A stretch of 64,000 nt of DNA from Lama glama (lineage: Eukaryota), in assembly GCA_028534125.1 (NCBI GenBank), contig CM052818.1, forward strand, positions 21,826,001 through 21,890,000, written 5' to 3'. Positions 25,150 to 40,123 of this stretch are shown here, in pieces (within the stretch, counting starts at the first letter, position 1; the number at the start of each line of letters is the position of its first letter). Below the pieces are notes generated by a model that did not search any database, was not told the DNA's origin, and saw only the letters and a list, made by a program, of their open reading frames with translations. Made by a program: the position numbers and the translations under genes.

Positions 25150-28100
25150 CAAAAGACTGGAGATTTACTTTGGAAAGGCTGAATTACAAATGCTCTGGAT
25201 GTAGAGACAGCAGATTTACTTGAGAGCCAGGGTAAAAAAGCCCTACTGAAAACCAGAGATTCAAGCTATAAATTTGCATAATTAAAGCTGGTATCCTCAG
25301 CCTTCTTTCCCAACTCAACTTTCAGAAATCTTATAAACTTCAAGCCGGCAACAGTTCTACTGCTCTGAGGAAATTCAGTATTCCTTTACAGATTACTTAA
25401 CAAGAACACTCAACAAAATAGTCAGGTGGCCCTACAGGGAGGCCTACCGAATACTAAATGACAGGCCCCACTCACTCACAAAAGGCTTCCAAATTTAAAC
25501 ATGAAAAGGCACCCAAAGATTACCAGACATTGAAGGGAAACATACAACATGAAAACAGAACCAAAGAAAGAAACAAAAGGAATCAGAGAAGAAAGAGTAG
25601 GCGGTGAAAAGAAAACCCTCAAGAGAAATAAGAGTATTGTATTCATGAAACAAGAATGAAATGTTATAAAATTTTTTTTTAGGGAAAAAGTCCTCTCAGG
25701 CACTACAATGAGGATAGTAATTTTTTAATAAAAGGTTACAAAATTAAGTTGGAAAAAGAACCCAAAAGGATTCCCTGCAACTCCCCCAGACCAAAAAAAC
25801 CACCACCACCACCAACAACAACAACAAAGACTTAAAATTGGAGAGATAAAACTAAGACAGTTTTCGGATCAGTCCAACTAACAGATATTCAAGAAAGAAC
25901 AAGAAAAACAAAGAGAATACATTTATCAAAGAAATGATTCAGGAAAGTTTCCCAGCACTAAAAAACATAAATGTCAAGATTGAAAGTGCCTAGCAAAACT
26001 GATGAAAGTACAACCACCACAACAAAAAAAGAGGTAACTGAAATTTCAAAACATTGGTAAGATAAAAACCCTGAAAATTCCCAGAGGGAAGCAAACAGTT
26101 CCCACACAGAGAAACAGGAACCAGACAGCATCAGAAATCTGAGTAATACCTGGTAAAGTAAAGCTGCACGTAACTTCCTGTGGAATTGCTGGGTTATGGA
26201 GTATTCATCCTAGAGAAATTCTCATCTATACACAAGAGGAAGCACACCATGATGCTGACACAATGTAACATCCTACGTAAGTTAAAAGTATGGGTTACAT
26301 CCACATGCATCATCATGAATAAATCTCAAAAACAAAGCTGGCTGGAAAAAGATACAGACAGTACAACTATGTAAAATTATAAAAACTCACAAAACAATAA
26401 ACAGATTAGATGTGTGAATATACAGCAAAGGTATTAAGAACACGCTTGAGTAGTATGAAAACAAACTACTATCAACACCAACTTCTAGGGAAGAAGAGAC
26501 AGAGTGATAATATTCAGATAAAGTCGTTAACATTTTCTTTCTTTTTGAGAGCAGTTTGAAGCAAACAGCAAAATTTAAGGTCCATTAAATCTTGATGATA
26601 CACACACAAATCCTCATGTCAAGAATCAGCTTAAGTTTTCCTGCTGCAAGAAAATATTCATTTTCCTCAAAAAGTTACATACAGTGATACAAAAAATCAT
26701 GTCTCAGAAGTATTTTATTTCAACACAATAATTCTGCACCAATGTCTCTTATTATTAAATGATCATCAATACCCATTTCCTTGACAAATGTTACAGTAAA
26801 ATTTAGTCAACCCAAAAATACGAGTACTTGCTCTGTTCAATTTATGGAGTGTGAAAATGCTATGTAAACACATATGTAGAACAGAAACTGTTTAGCCAAA
26901 ATAAATGTCACTTCTGTTCTAACAGACGCCTGGTCTAACACTTACAAATAAAAGATCAACTCATTTACCTTAATCGGCCTACTAAATTTTCAGCGTTCTT
27001 TAAAATTATATTCAAAAGAAAAGAAAAGGAAAAATCTTAAAAAAAAAAAATGGGACAAGTAGATGGGAGAAAAGCTTCAAAAATGCTACAAGAAAGAAGA
27101 CATGAGACAAAGTTTCAATATCTTCTCAAAATCCAATATATTTAAATTTCTCTATACTATTATCAAATGCATGATATGTGATACCCCAAAATACCCTATG
27201 GTAGCTTAATTTTTAATGAAATTTTTATAACAAAAATAATCATTCATTATTGATATATTAACCCATGTGATAAAGGATTTTCTAGTTCAAGACATGGACT
27301 ACAGCCCTTATTTCTAATCCCTCCCAATATACCACTGAAATGTTAGTAAAGGAATTTTTTTAAGTATAAAACAATGACACGGTGTAAAGATGGAAGTGAG
27401 GGGCCCCATTAATAGGTAGAGATATTAAAAATCTTTGAAAGTTGTAAAGCAGATGGAAGTATAGTGATTAACAAAACAGAATGGAATATCAGCAGTTTCT
27501 AATGTGCAAGTCGCAAATGAGAAGTGGGGAGAGACTCCTAGACAGAACTGAGACACAGCATATGCATGGACAAAGTAAAACAGGAGACTGCACATCAGCA
27601 AAAAGAGGGAGCTAGTGAAATTCAGAGAACCATCAACCTCACCCTCTCCTCATACCTAGTCCATTACCAGAAAAGCTTGTCAGACTTTTATCCCAAACAA
27701 AAATCAGAAGTATTATTTTCTCAAGAAATCTAAGATGAATTTTCTACTCATACTTATAGAGTAAGAATGAACAGACAACCAAGGATAATCAAACATATAA
27801 GGAAACCCAGCAGCATAAAGGCAGCAAATACCATGATAAACAGAGGGGAGGAGACAAAGACACCACTCAAAGGGAATTTCAACAACAAAAGAGAAATTTT
27901 TTAAAAAATCAGATATCAGAATTCTTAGAAATTCAAAAAGATACTGGTTCTTGCTTCCATAAAACAAGAACAGGATGAAAATGGAACACAGGATTAGAAA
28001 TAGCTGTTCAGGCTTAAATATAAGACTGCCCCACCACTCTCCTACCTTCATTCCACCCCCAAAACCTCACTGGATAGTTTTTGGGAGTTCAAATAAGTCA

Positions 28101-28400
28101 AAGCAACCTCTCAGATTGTATAACAAACATTTATAAAAAAAAAAGTGAGCATCATAGAGTATCAATCTAGGAAGTGCAACAGACCAAGTATTCCAAAAGA
28201 GAGTAAGAGGATTAATTATCAAAGGAACAATATTAAAAACAAAACAAACAAAAAAACAATTTCTCAGAGCTGAGGGAAGATACAAATACTCAAAGTTTAT
28301 TGCTTGAGGGAGAAGTGAACTAGAGGAGAGCCCCATGTTTAAACAGATCGTTGTGAACTTTCAGATGTCCAAAAATTAAGAAAATCTCTTTAAAGTTTTC
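25150..28400 (+). mobile_element. Patchwork of highly degenerate L1 5'/ORF1-like fragments
   Basis: A-rich plus strand with ORF1-like remnants (atcaaagaaatgattcaggaaagtttcccagcact); boundaries uncertain. Confidence 0.45.
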
Positions 28401-28404
28401 AGGA

Positions 28405-28982
28405 CAATATGATGGTTCTCAGAAAACTAAAACAGAACCACCATATGATCCAGCAACCCCACTACTGGGTACATATCTGAAAGCACTGAAAGCAGAGTCT
28501 TAAAGAGATATAGCACACCCATGTTCTGGCAGCATTATTCACAAGAGCCCAGAGAAGGAAGTATCCGAAGTGTCCAATAACAGATGAAAGGATGAACACG
28601 ATGTGGTATATACATACAATGAATAATCATCAGCCTTAAAAGGAAAATTCTATCACATGTTACAACATGGATGAACCTTGAGAACATTATGTTTAGTGAA
28701 ATAAGCCAGTCACAAAAAGACAAACATATAATGTATGGTTCCACTTACGTGAGGTATCTAAACTAGCCAAATTCATAGAATCAGAAAGTAGAATGGCAGT
28801 TATCAAGGGCTGAGGGGAGGGGATAAAGGGGAGTTCTTTAAGGGGAAGACAGTTTTAGTTTTGTAAGATGAAAAAATTCTGGAGAACTATTGCAAACAGC
28901 ATGAATATACTTGACACTATTGTATATTTAAAAGTGGTTAAGATGGTCAATTTTATGTGTTTTTTAACTACAATTAAAAAAT
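28405..28982 (+). mobile_element. L1MB-type 3' end
   Basis: accatatgatccagcaaccccactactgggt...acatggatgaaccttgagaacattatgtttagtgaaataagccagtcacaaaa. Confidence 0.9.
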
Positions 28983-29800
28983 TCTTCTAAGCTTTTGAGG
29001 TTAAGAATGGAGCTGGAAAGTCATCTACATAAAAACAAAAATCCAAATGGCATGGAACTAAGCAAAGCTAGGTAACAGAAAATTCCTTTGATGTTCCACA
29101 GCAGAAAATCAAATAATAATGTCTATCTAAAACAAAAATCATTAAATTGTTGTATAAACATTTTAGTTAAAGATAATGGAAGTAATTATCAGAAAAGCCC
29201 ACAGATATTATCAAAAAGTATTGTTTCTGGAGAGCAATATTTATTTTCCTTGTTGTAAGTCTTCTATACAATTTGGTCTTTTATTTTAAACTGTGCACAT
29301 ACTACTTTGTTTTTTAAACTGTTAAGTATAAAAGAATCTATTGAGCTGATAGACTACTTACTTAATAGATTAACAAAATAAAGTTGAATGAACCTATTTT
29401 CTTACTGCTTTCCATTATAAAACATGAAGCATGTTTTTCTGAATTAAAAAAGATTGTAAAGGTAGTATAATGGCATTTAGAAATGAAGAAATCTAAGGCA
29501 AAACAAATTTAATGGAAACATACTTGCTGATATAACAGTAGTATTATAGCATTCATAACAGTAATACTGGTATATTATGTTCAAATTAGCCAGTATACAA
29601 AAAATTTATAATTCAAAAGCAGGACAAAAAAAGCAGAAACAGTATACAACTTGAGTAATTTCATGCTGTAGATTGTAGTTCCAGACTGCTGGCTAAGCAC
29701 CCTAAACTTTTAAATACTACTTTGAGGTTGAGAATCGCTGACCTTTCTGATTCAGATGATTCCAGTTTCATCAAGTCTGAAAAATTCTCAGCTATTACTT

Positions 29801-29935
29801 ATTTAAAAAAAAAAATTTGAAGTATAGTTGATTTACAATGTTGCATTAGTTTCTGGTGTATAGATTCAGTTATACATACATACATATTCTTTTTCATATT
29901 CTTTATCAATATGGGTTATTACAAGATATTGAATA
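29801..29935 (-). mobile_element. Short 5'-truncated L1 insertion with 11-bp TSD
   Basis: ttgaagtatagttgatttacaatgttgcattagtttc L1 3' end; TSD agctattactt at 29790-29800 and 29936-29946. Confidence 0.85.
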
Positions 29936-29989
29936 AGCTATTACTTCTCAATGTAATTTATTTCCTCCATGTATTCTATTTTACTTGAA

Positions 29990-30185
29990 GCTAAAAGCAA
30001 GGACTCTAGAGGTAAGCTGCCTGGATCTGCATTTATCTCCTACATGCTTAGGTGACCTTGGCCAAGTTACTTAACCTTTCCTGTGTGTCAGTTTCTATAA
30101 AATGAAAGGAACTAATACCTACTCTCAAAGAGTTGAGAAAATTTTAGAAGCTAATGCACATAAAAAGCATTGAACAGTGCCTCTT
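29990..30185 (+). mobile_element. MIR SINE
   Basis: gtgaccttggccaagttacttaacctt...gtcagtttctataaaatg. Confidence 0.75.
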
Positions 30186-31664
30186 TCCATATTCAAACTT
30201 TAACTGAGGCCACATAGTCTCCTAAGGGTTATTAAGAAATGTTTGTCTGATGTAGCCAAGTACTCTTCACTAATGGCCTGTTGCTAGATTGAGAGCTTTT
30301 ATTAGTATAATATGTCACTAAAATTAATGATAGTAGTAACAAAATCCATAATCAGTTCATACTTGAAATGATGCTTGAAAAGTCACACAGTATTAATACC
30401 AAACCAGAGTCTTAAAGAGCATATTTTTCACAAATATCTACCTCACATCTTAAAACACTAGTCTCTCCTTGAATGAGAATCAAAGGAAGAATACTTGTCC
30501 CCTTCACTGAACACATCATTTGGCTCTCATCCCTCCAATTCTTAATGCTTTAAAAATTAAATCAAAAGTTCTCTCTGAATTCCAAATCAACTCTGGTGAA
30601 TTGTAATACAAGTAGCATTTGATTAAGATTTCTGAAATAATAATAGATATGGAAAGTTAAAAAGGGTTTAAATATCATTAACTGTTACTTTTAACCATTT
30701 TTAATAGTTGGATAACTAGGCACTGACCACACCCAGCTCCAGCAATAAAGAGATGTTACTGATGGGAACACGCTGGACAGTTTTCAAAAATTTCCCCAAA
30801 TTTAGAAACTACAGCTCTAGACTAGATTATGAGAACAATTCAGTAAATCACACAAGTTTTGTGAAACTTATTTATGATAAGTGAGGTTCACCAGATATGA
30901 GAATAACTCATATTTTCTTGTTCTAACTCAAAAGCATACCTAGAAATTCCAAATTTGGAGCAACACTACCACTCTTAATGCCTCAGTCTTTCAAAAAAAA
31001 AAAAAAGTAGATCACGAAACGGAAATAACTTTGTTGACAGTGGCTTTTTGCTGCAGCTGAAATTTGATGAGAAAACAAAAACCTATCACTGTTTGGATAT
31101 GTATAGTGTGTTCTAAAAATTAGACTACATGCATATCTGAACAGTGAGGAATATGCACTAAGGCTATATCAGATTGTCATCAAACATTTACAGCAATGCT
31201 CTATGCCAGAAAACAATATTTTAAGATATACAAGGAAAGAAAATGTCTCTCATAGATTTTTTTCATCCAGCAAAACTGACTTTCGAGTATAAACAAACTC
31301 TTGCAAACATGCAAAAACTCAGGGAATATTGTTCCTATGAGGCTTTCCAGAAGAATCTGAGTTGATGAGGAAGAGAAAGAGGAGACAAGAGTCTTTCTCC
31401 TAAAGGCATGGAGCCTGTCTGCTGGATAAAAGACCTTAGAAATGACAGGAACTTCATTCCCAATGGCCATCGTAAACATTAACTCAGACTCATGAAGTAC
31501 TGCTTGCCATCATGGGCTGCCAAAAGCGAGAAATGACAGATTCTTTGGTATCAAAGATCCACCTATCATGGGTCACAGAACCTGCAGAAATCCCATATCA
31601 TGCCTTCTCCTTTAAACCACCACTTTCCAGCTCAGGACTTGTTTTATTTTTATATTAAAAAAAA

Positions 31665-31900
31665 GGTATGGGCTTTAGCACAAAATAAACTTGAATTCAA
31701 ATGTCAGTTCAACCACTTACTGTATGACTTTGATCTAACTATTTAATTTCCTCAAAACCATGATGTATTCATCGAAGAGACAGGAGTAATAAAAGCACCT
31801 ATATCACAGAGCTGTTGTAGTAACAGAAAGAAATCGTGCAGGTTAACTGTCTAGGTCAGTTCCCGGCATAAAGTGCTTTAAAAGTATTAGTTATTATTAC
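31665..31900 (+). mobile_element. MIR SINE
   Basis: ttgaattcaaatgtcagttcaaccacttactgtatgactttg...cacctatatcacagagctgttgt. Confidence 0.7.
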
Positions 31901-32242
31901 TGTTGTAATTTACAAGTCATACCTCAATTTATCATAACCAACCTAATATATAAATAAAATCAGATGTATTCAAATAGCCAAAAAAAAAAGTATAGCTTCT
32001 GTTCCAGATTTCCAGCTCAACTATTCATATATAAATTGACAAATGAGAAAATATCTGATGTTTAAGAGAATGATTATCCCATGGATAATATACTGAACTC
32101 TCAGGTTTTCCAGCTAGGCTAAATTATACTATTCAAATATTCTTAAAAGCTTTTTTCATTTCTGAAACCCTTTCAATGACTTCTGAAACCAGCAAACCAG
32201 GAAAAAAAAAAGATACTATCAGAACATTTTAGCTGATTTTCT

Positions 32243-32246
<4 letters not shown>

Positions 32247-32284
<38 letters not shown>
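32247..32284. repeat. (CA)n microsatellite
   Basis: Direct reading. Confidence 0.97.
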
Positions 32285-32286
<2 letters not shown>

Positions 32287-32489
32287 CAGATGTAGTAAAA
32301 ATCACTGCATTTATATGAATTACCTTCTTATAAGGATAACTCGCTGTCAAGACACATGAAGAGGTTTCACCAGTGCTAGATGGTTTTACTGTCAAAAACA
32401 AAAAGGTCAACTCACTATGAAAATGTCAGATAGAGTCCAATCCATAATCCATTCAGCTATCCAACTTGTCCTTATTGCTGAAGACCCCT

Positions 32490-32815
32490 GGCTGCTATCG
32501 TTTCGTATGTAATAAAATGTACCCACTTTACGTATACAGTTTGATGAGCTGTGACAAATGTATACACTTGTGTAACCACCACCACAATAAAGATACAGAG
32601 CATTTCTATCACTCCAAAAAGTTCCTCCCTGCCAACTTTGACATTAACTTCCCCGTCATCTCCAGACCTAGGCAAACACTGATGTGCTGTCAGCAGAGTA
32701 CTTTTGCCTTTTCTAGAATTCCATGTATGTACTCCTCTGTGGTTAGCGTCTTTCACTTAGCATGTTTCAGAGATTCATCCACATTGGGTTTATCACCAGT
32801 TTGTTCTTTTTTGTT
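32490..32815 (-). mobile_element. Old L1 3' fragment
   Basis: gtatacagtttgatgagctgtgacaaatgtatacacttgtgtaaccaccacc...ttcacttagcatgtttcagagattcatcc. Confidence 0.8.
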
Positions 32816-33689
32816 TCCATGGCTCTTTAAAAAATGTTCAGGCCCTAACAGATTTGGAAGAAGGCTGAGCAAAGTTCATAAAAAGCAGTTATTCTGTGTA
32901 AAGAACACATCACCAGCTACCTGCACATGTCCATTAAAAGCTTAATATTCTAAGGTAAAAGCATTTTCACCCCTTGACTCCAACACTGCATTTTTTCAGC
33001 TCATGCTGCTGAAATCAGGAGTTCATATCCTACCTGTATTTGACTGCCTGGATGATGAACTAAGGACTAAAGGCACCCTGGACTCTGTAATAACTTTATG
33101 CCTGTTCATTTACTACAAGACTGATTTCAAACATACTGACAAAAATCAGCTTTTTAACTTCAGCAAAGCAGCCCAGGAATAATAACTGCTCTTCCTAACA
33201 ATCCCAATAGTTTTTCTATTAGCAATGACAATAAAGTAAGTACAGGGCTACATGATTTTATTTGCAGATGTTCTCTCCTCCATCATAAATAAATGGCTCC
33301 AGATTATAAAAAGCAAATGAAGAAAAAAAAATCAGACAAAAAACCTGATTTGTAGGTTTGACTATTTAATCACGTATGTCCTCCGTTTGTGAGTAGTTAG
33401 TGCAGTGGCAGACTCTGCAGTACAGTCACAGTCCTCATACCCTCCAAAGTGAATTTACTTTACCCTGGCACATGGTTGTAGTAGGACCAACATATCTAGA
33501 ATGTTTCAAATAGAGAATGTTTCTCAAGATATGATTTATAATGGCATCAGTACCAAAATCACTGATATTCCTGGCAAAACAACTCAAAACACCGACGTTC
33601 TGCCTGGCAGAGTTAGCTCCTGCTTAAAAGAACTAGCTCAAACGATCTGGTCCTAAAAAGGAGGCTTCTCAAGAAGCCCTTGTGGTGCT

Positions 33690-34660
33690 TTGTGACACCT
33701 CATGCTATTGATAACTCCTCGCTTTCTGAAACTTTACACTTCTGCTGACTTTCAAAATGCTTGAAATCAAAACACTCACAATCACTCACATTCATTCTTT
33801 TTCCTTCAGCCTCCTAAATTTGAGAAAGTGGACCCCCCAAAACAGTAAGTAGCCTCCAACTCAAATCACAGTATCTACCTGTGATCCAATCTCACTGCTT
33901 CAGCATCACTTGCATATTGACTTCTCAGATAAATTTTAGTCTAGATTTTAATCATTAAGCTTGGCTGTTTACATATCTCTTCAAACATAACATAATCAAA
34001 ACCTTCATCTCTGCCCCCAAACCACTTTTATATCCCAATCTAACTACTTATTAACCTACCTATTCATAATCCCTCTTTTAGTGACTTGGGCCTCAACTGT
34101 AAATCTTTTATATAAATCCAACCACCACACATCAAGTCACCACGTTCCATCAAATCTTCCTTTTAAGTGTCTCACTTATCCTCCATCATAATCTTGAGTA
34201 GCATCACATATTGTCTGGATTATCTAACTGCCTCCTAATTGGTCTGCCTGACTTCAACCTCCCCTTCCTACGATCTACTCTGCAGATTACCACCAACTGG
34301 ATTTCCCTATAATATACTTCAACTGTCCCAAGAAGATAAAAGTTGTTTCCCACTCCTCAAAGGGAATTAAGCACAAAATATCCAGTCTGGAACCTTCTTC
34401 TCTAACCTGCCCTGCCTAGGACTTACACAAGCCAAATACATCATGCCCATTCCAACCTCACAGTCAATTTGTCCTACCTTCTCTAATTGAGATAACCACA
34501 TCATTCAAGGGGCCTAAGAAATAACACCCCTGATGCCATCCCCCAACCCTTCATCCCACCCACTCACCACTCCTCTACGATCATATTCCTTTTAAGATTT
34601 TTGCCTTCCTTATCCCTTCATACCCTAACTTGTGACCTTGGCGCCTAGCAAGTACTGAAT
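33690..34660 (+). mobile_element. Degenerate L2 fragment
   Basis: ctggattatctaactgcctcctaattggtctgcctgacttca. Confidence 0.55.
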
Positions 34661-35329
34661 AAAATAACACATTACATTAAAGAGATTTCCTCAAGAAAAT
34701 GTATCTTAGTCAGCCATTCCAACATTTACGAAAATATTATATTGGAAGACTGATTAAACTCTATCATCTACTGTTAACATTTATTAAGCACAAGCAGCTC
34801 TTGATTTCCAGCATTTTACAAGCGGTGTTTCACACTGAAAGAACCTAGCCAATTACACCCACTTAACTGCAGAGAGCGGGCACACTAATGAATTTATCAC
34901 TTGGTCTGCTTCCAGATGCTCAGCTTAAAGCACACCCAACTCCCACCTCAGTCTAGCTCCATAGCCCTTTTTCAGAACATCTTTGGCTCTAGGCCAGAAT
35001 CCATTCAGCCTAGCTCTTCCTAGGGGTCCTTGGGGTTAGACTTGAGGAAAGAAGCATCAAGACAAAGCTAAGGGAAGAATGTATGGAGAAAAGGAAATAT
35101 ATACACAGGACTGTTTACCTGAAGTATAAAGCAATCACCTTACCCTTCCTCTCTCCCCCAATAACCAGTCAAGTACTACTTTTTTTAGCATTCACTTCAA
35201 TCCAAATATTTTTGTAGTTATTTTAAAACTGCCTTTAAGTCAAAATGTTTAATGTGTCATTTTATAGACACATCATCTAATTAATCCCTAAAAACTCTAA
35301 CACAATTAACAAAAACACCAGCATTCTAA

Positions 35330-36515
35330 CGGCAAAGTAAATCTGTATTTATGTGTAAGATTTTGACATTAAGAAAAACACAAATAGGAAAATAGGAAAT
35401 AGGGCAATTGATAATAGCAAATACACAAAAGGAGAAATTCAAATAGCCAATAAACATATGAGAACGTTCATCCTCACTAGTAATAGGTAAATGCAAAATT
35501 AAAGTTACGATGAAACATCATTTTTCTCTCAGATTTAAGGGGAAAAAAGATCCTTAATACCAAATGAAGGCAAAGATATGGAGCTGTGCTGTCTGATACA
35601 GCAACTACTAGCCACTTCTGACTAGTAAAAATTTGAAATGTGGCTAATCTAAATTGAAATTTGCTACTAAATATAAAACATAGACCATATTTTGAAGATT
35701 TAATAGAAAAGAGAATGCAAAAATAACTCATCAATTTGTACTCTTTACATACTAAAATGGTATTTTTGATATACTAGATAAAATAAAATATATCATTAAA
35801 ATTAACTTCACCTTTTTTGTCAATGTAGCTACTAGAAAATTTTAAGTTACATGTTTGGCCAACATTATATTTATATAGGATAGCACTGATATTGATATAG
35901 GGCAATAGAAACTTTTATATACCACTGGTGAGAATATAAATTGGTAGTCACTTTGGAGACTGCAAAGATCTAGGTAGGTTGTAACATAAAAATAACCTAC
36001 AATTCAGCAATTCTCCTAACTTTGTCCTCTAGAGAAAAATCTCACACATATACACAAAAAGAGGTGTCAGTTATGTTTCAGCACGATTGTTTACTTACAC
36101 AAAAACAACCCAAATGTCTATTCAAAGAGACTCGACAAAATGTGTTACAATCACACAATGGGATACTATACAATACTATTTTTTTAAAAAAGGAACATAG
36201 CAACGGGAAAGAACTTTGCAGAAGTGTTAAGTGAAAGAAGCTAATTGTATAAAAAGACATTCTATATATAATCACACACAAAAACTATAAAATCTCTTAA
36301 AACAGTACTAGATGCTATTTACACAGAAATACTTACGTGGAGATGATGTATGTGAGGGCAGGCACAAAATTCAAGAGAGGGGAAAGAAAGGAGAATCCAG
36401 GAATACCACAGAAGGGCTTCAACTATATTTGTAACGTTCTACATCCTAACTAAGCTGGGTAGTGGGTGCTTTGATGTTCACTATTCGTTACAACTTTTTA
36501 TATCTGAAATATTTC
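35330..36515 (+). mobile_element. L1ME 3' region containing a MER33/MER3 insertion
   Basis: caaatagccaataaacatatgagaacgttcatcctcactagtaat...caattcagcaattct. Confidence 0.7.
35584..35888. mobile_element. MER33/MER3-like hAT-Charlie element
   Basis: ctgtgctgtc...actagccac...ttgaaatgtggcta...aaaattaacttcacc...ggatagcactg; about 305 bp. Confidence 0.8.
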
Positions 36516-36727
36516 TGTTTTTAACGTATGATTCTGTATACCATGTATAGCACTAAAACTGGGTATATTTTATCGTTTTGGGGACATAAGCAAAAACATC
36601 ACAATTTTAACCATGTCCAAAAAGCAGTTATATTTTGAATAATACCAGGGTGCAGGAAAGGGAACATATATACACCAATTTTACACCACTACTATCAATA
36701 TAATGAGAAAAAGGAAGTAATACAAAT

Positions 36728-36950
36728 CAGGGGTTAGCAACCTTTTTCTTTTAAGAACCAAACAGTAAATACTGGGGGCTCTGCAAGGCCATATGTCTTC
36801 TGTCACAACTACTCAACCCTGCCATAGCAGTGGGAAGGCAGCCAGACATTATGTAAACAAATGAGCATGGCTGTGTTCCAATAAAACTTTATTTACAAAA
36901 ACAGGCAGCAGACCAAATTTGGCCAAGGAACTATGTTTTGGTAACCCCTG
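36728..36950 (+). mobile_element. MER58A hAT-Charlie element
   Basis: TIRs caggggttagcaa / ttggtaacccctg; internal ggctgtgttccaataaaactttatttacaaaaacagg. Confidence 0.92.
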
Positions 36951-37049
36951 TCTGGATCCATTTTTAAAAAAGAAAACAGTAATTCCATTAAGTGAAAGTC
37001 TGAAAGAGAAATGGATTTCTACAGTAATAAAATATACCATGAATTACCT

Positions 37050-37810
37050 GGTAACCACAAAAGAGAAAATGTTTTTTGTGCACGGAGACATCTAGCAATC
37101 ACCACCTTAACCCAGTGATCAAACTTAGCACCACTAATATTGTGACGACTATCAATTACTTGGTATCTCCTGATATGATGTAATGTGAAGCAGCATCACC
37201 TATGAAGTATCCTGGTCAAAATGTTTAACCTGAATTTAACGCAGTCTTTGGCTCTAACTTAACAGCTTACAGAAGAAAAAGAAATAAATTTTAAACAAGA
37301 CCGCAAAGAAACAATCAAATTCTGAATATAGGACATTTTACAAGATAACTAGTCTCTTCAGAAAGAGTCAATTTTTTAAAAGTGGTGTTTAAAAGAGAGT
37401 TGAGACATAACAGCAAATGCAATGCAATGTAAATCCTTCACTGGACCTTGGTATGGAGGGAGAAAAGCTATATAAGACATTCTTAACCCAACTGTTGAAA
37501 CTGCATATGGACTGGGGGTTACATGACTTCTGGGGATTAGGTAATTGTGTTATCTATGATAATAACATTGTAAGTATAGAGGAAAATGTCACTTTTTTTA
37601 AGATTCAGGCATAAGTATTCATACATTTGGGAATGAAGTGACATGATATCTATAATTTATTTTTAAATGGTTCACCAAGATTATATGGATGAAGCAAATA
37701 CGGCAAAAATATAAAATACTATTGAATCTAGGTGGTGCTATATAGAAACTCAGTGTACTGTTACAGTGTACTGTTCAATAAAGGATTTAAAATTTCATAA
37801 TAAAAAGGCC
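37050..37810 (+). mobile_element. L1MC4/5-type 3'UTR fragment
   Basis: caccaccttaacccagtgatcaaacttagcacc...gaagcagcatcacctatgaagtat. Confidence 0.7.
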
Positions 37811-38699
37811 AAAATGCAAAAAAAAAATTTATTTTATCCATCACTCTCCTCCCCAAATATTAAATTAGTCCTAGTTTCCCCCAAAGTTCTCAAGTCACCT
37901 ATCAAAACTAACCCAAAAGAAACTTTCTGAAGTTTACAACCCTGCTGTTTTTCCTTTTAAGCATCTGATTTCTAAAAGTGAGAACAAGGCAAATCACAAG
38001 GTAATCTAGTTAAACTGCCATTTGATTTATACATATTTTAGAAAGATTCTTAATATATAAAATATAATCACTTTAAGCATCTTTACTTTTTACCTTGTAT
38101 AATTAATAATCCATACACGTTTACTCCCTCTCTCATCCCACACATGGCAGATTCAGTAATCTTTGTTACCTAAAGCAGCTAACACTAGCAGACAGTATTT
38201 ATTTACTAAATAAAAATTAAACAGTAGGAATCCTGTGTTCATACCTTTAACAAGTTAAGCATCAAATCTTTGAGAAGAAATGCAAACCTCTCTCCCCTCT
38301 TTGCCCTATTATCCTCCCGTAAAAGATACTGATTTTATGGGAAATTTTATTCAGTAAATGCAGAATACAATATAGATACATGGATAAATCTGCATACGAA
38401 ACAGCTGTTGTCCTTATGTAGTTTACACTTTAAATAACAATCTTAAAACAGAACTCAATTTAAGAGTCAAAGGACCTCAAGCTATCTTATGGTCCAGCCC
38501 TCTTCCTTAACTCAGGTAAAAATATTACATTACAGATTAAGGCTACTAAATCCTAAAAAGAACATGATAAATCACAAAGTCACAGAATCATTAAAAGGTT
38601 CAGTGGGAACCTCAGTCTTCTAGCCTCCTAGATTAGCTACATACAACTTACCACGTCACTTAGTAGTAGCAGTGACAGCAATTACAGCAGTAAGAGAAA

Positions 38700-38930
38700 G
38701 CACTCAACCGTCTGTTAATGATTATAACGTTCCACAGCTCTATGGTAATGAGTTTATATGGAATATCCCAACCCAACAATTTTATGAAACATCTTCACTT
38801 TACAAATGAGAAAATTGAGACTTACAAATATTAAGTAAACTGCTTTAAGCTATCCATCTATATAGAGTGGTGGAACAGGTATTCAAATCCAAGTAGTCTG
38901 ACTTTAGAGTCAATGCTCCTAATCACCTTC
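38700..38930 (-). mobile_element. MIR SINE
   Basis: cacttttacaaatgagaaaattgagacttaca...ggtattcaaatccaagtagtctgact. Confidence 0.75.
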
Positions 38931-40123
38931 CTCCTGTAACTTTCTCCAGAAACATAATCCGCTCCAAGCACAGAAGTTCTGCACACTTATATACTTAAAA
39001 ACGTATGCAAATAAACAGTGCTAAGCATCCTACAGTGTTACTTAAAATGCACAGAGCAGCAAAATTCAGAAATATGTATATAAATCTGTTGAAAAGATGC
39101 TGATGTACATTTCTGAAACAGTAATTCTCACCTAGGCCTGTGGATATAGAACAGTTTTCCTCCATACAACAGTAAGAAGGATTTTATCATTTTCAAAGGC
39201 ATTACTCTCAAGTAATAGAGTTAAGGCCTTAAAAACACTCTTTTTATCACCAACTGGCCAACCCCTCTGACCATCTTTCATGTACACTCCTGAAGCTATT
39301 GCTACCTAGCATCTCAAACTTGGTTAGCCAAAACATCAGACAACCAATTAACCATCACACTTATTTTTACCTTGTTAGGTTGTTTTCAGTCCTCTTAAAA
39401 ACACAAGATCAATGTTATTCCAGCCAGCTCTCTGTAATTAACTATACATCTCTACTCCTTGATACTCAAAATATACCTTACACTTGACTAGTTAAGGAAT
39501 CAAGTAAGGTTGTTTTTGTTTTGTCTTTTAGTCTAAAATATAGGCACTCAAAGATGTCCAAATGTTGAACAGCTTAGTGAACCTGGTCTGAGTTACAGTA
39601 CTAAATTTAATATATTAAAAAATTCAAGTTCTTTTGCACATCAGCATTTTGATAAAAGGGATAAATACAGTTACAAAAGTGTATTAAAAGCAAAACTAGT
39701 CATTGGAAGGCTTATTCGGGTACTATAAAGGAGGTCTCTTAGGTCATGAATGGAACCAGTGTTCATTTTTATATTGGGGCACTGAAATAAACACAAGTTG
39801 ATTTGCTTTAAAATTAAAAAAAAAAAACTCAATTCACCATAGAAAGCAGAATCACATGAGACTTGGAATCAATGACTCACAAATGAAAGCAAAAGAGACA
39901 ATTATGCATTAAAATAAAAACAAAGATCAAGGATCTCTCGTGCTTATCATAAGTGTGCAATATTTATGTAAACTCAAGAAGAGACATCTTTACCAAACTG
40001 GACCATCATTAGTAAAGCTACAGAACAGAAAGCAGAAAACTAAGCACCCGCTTCATCTCTAAGTGCAATATCCTCATGCAGATTTACAATGCAGGAAAAA
40101 AGGCACAACTTCAAGTAATACAC

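Noticed and set aside
32466..32945. 159-aa plus-strand ORF
   Set aside because: Overlaps an antisense L1 3' fragment; chance ORF.
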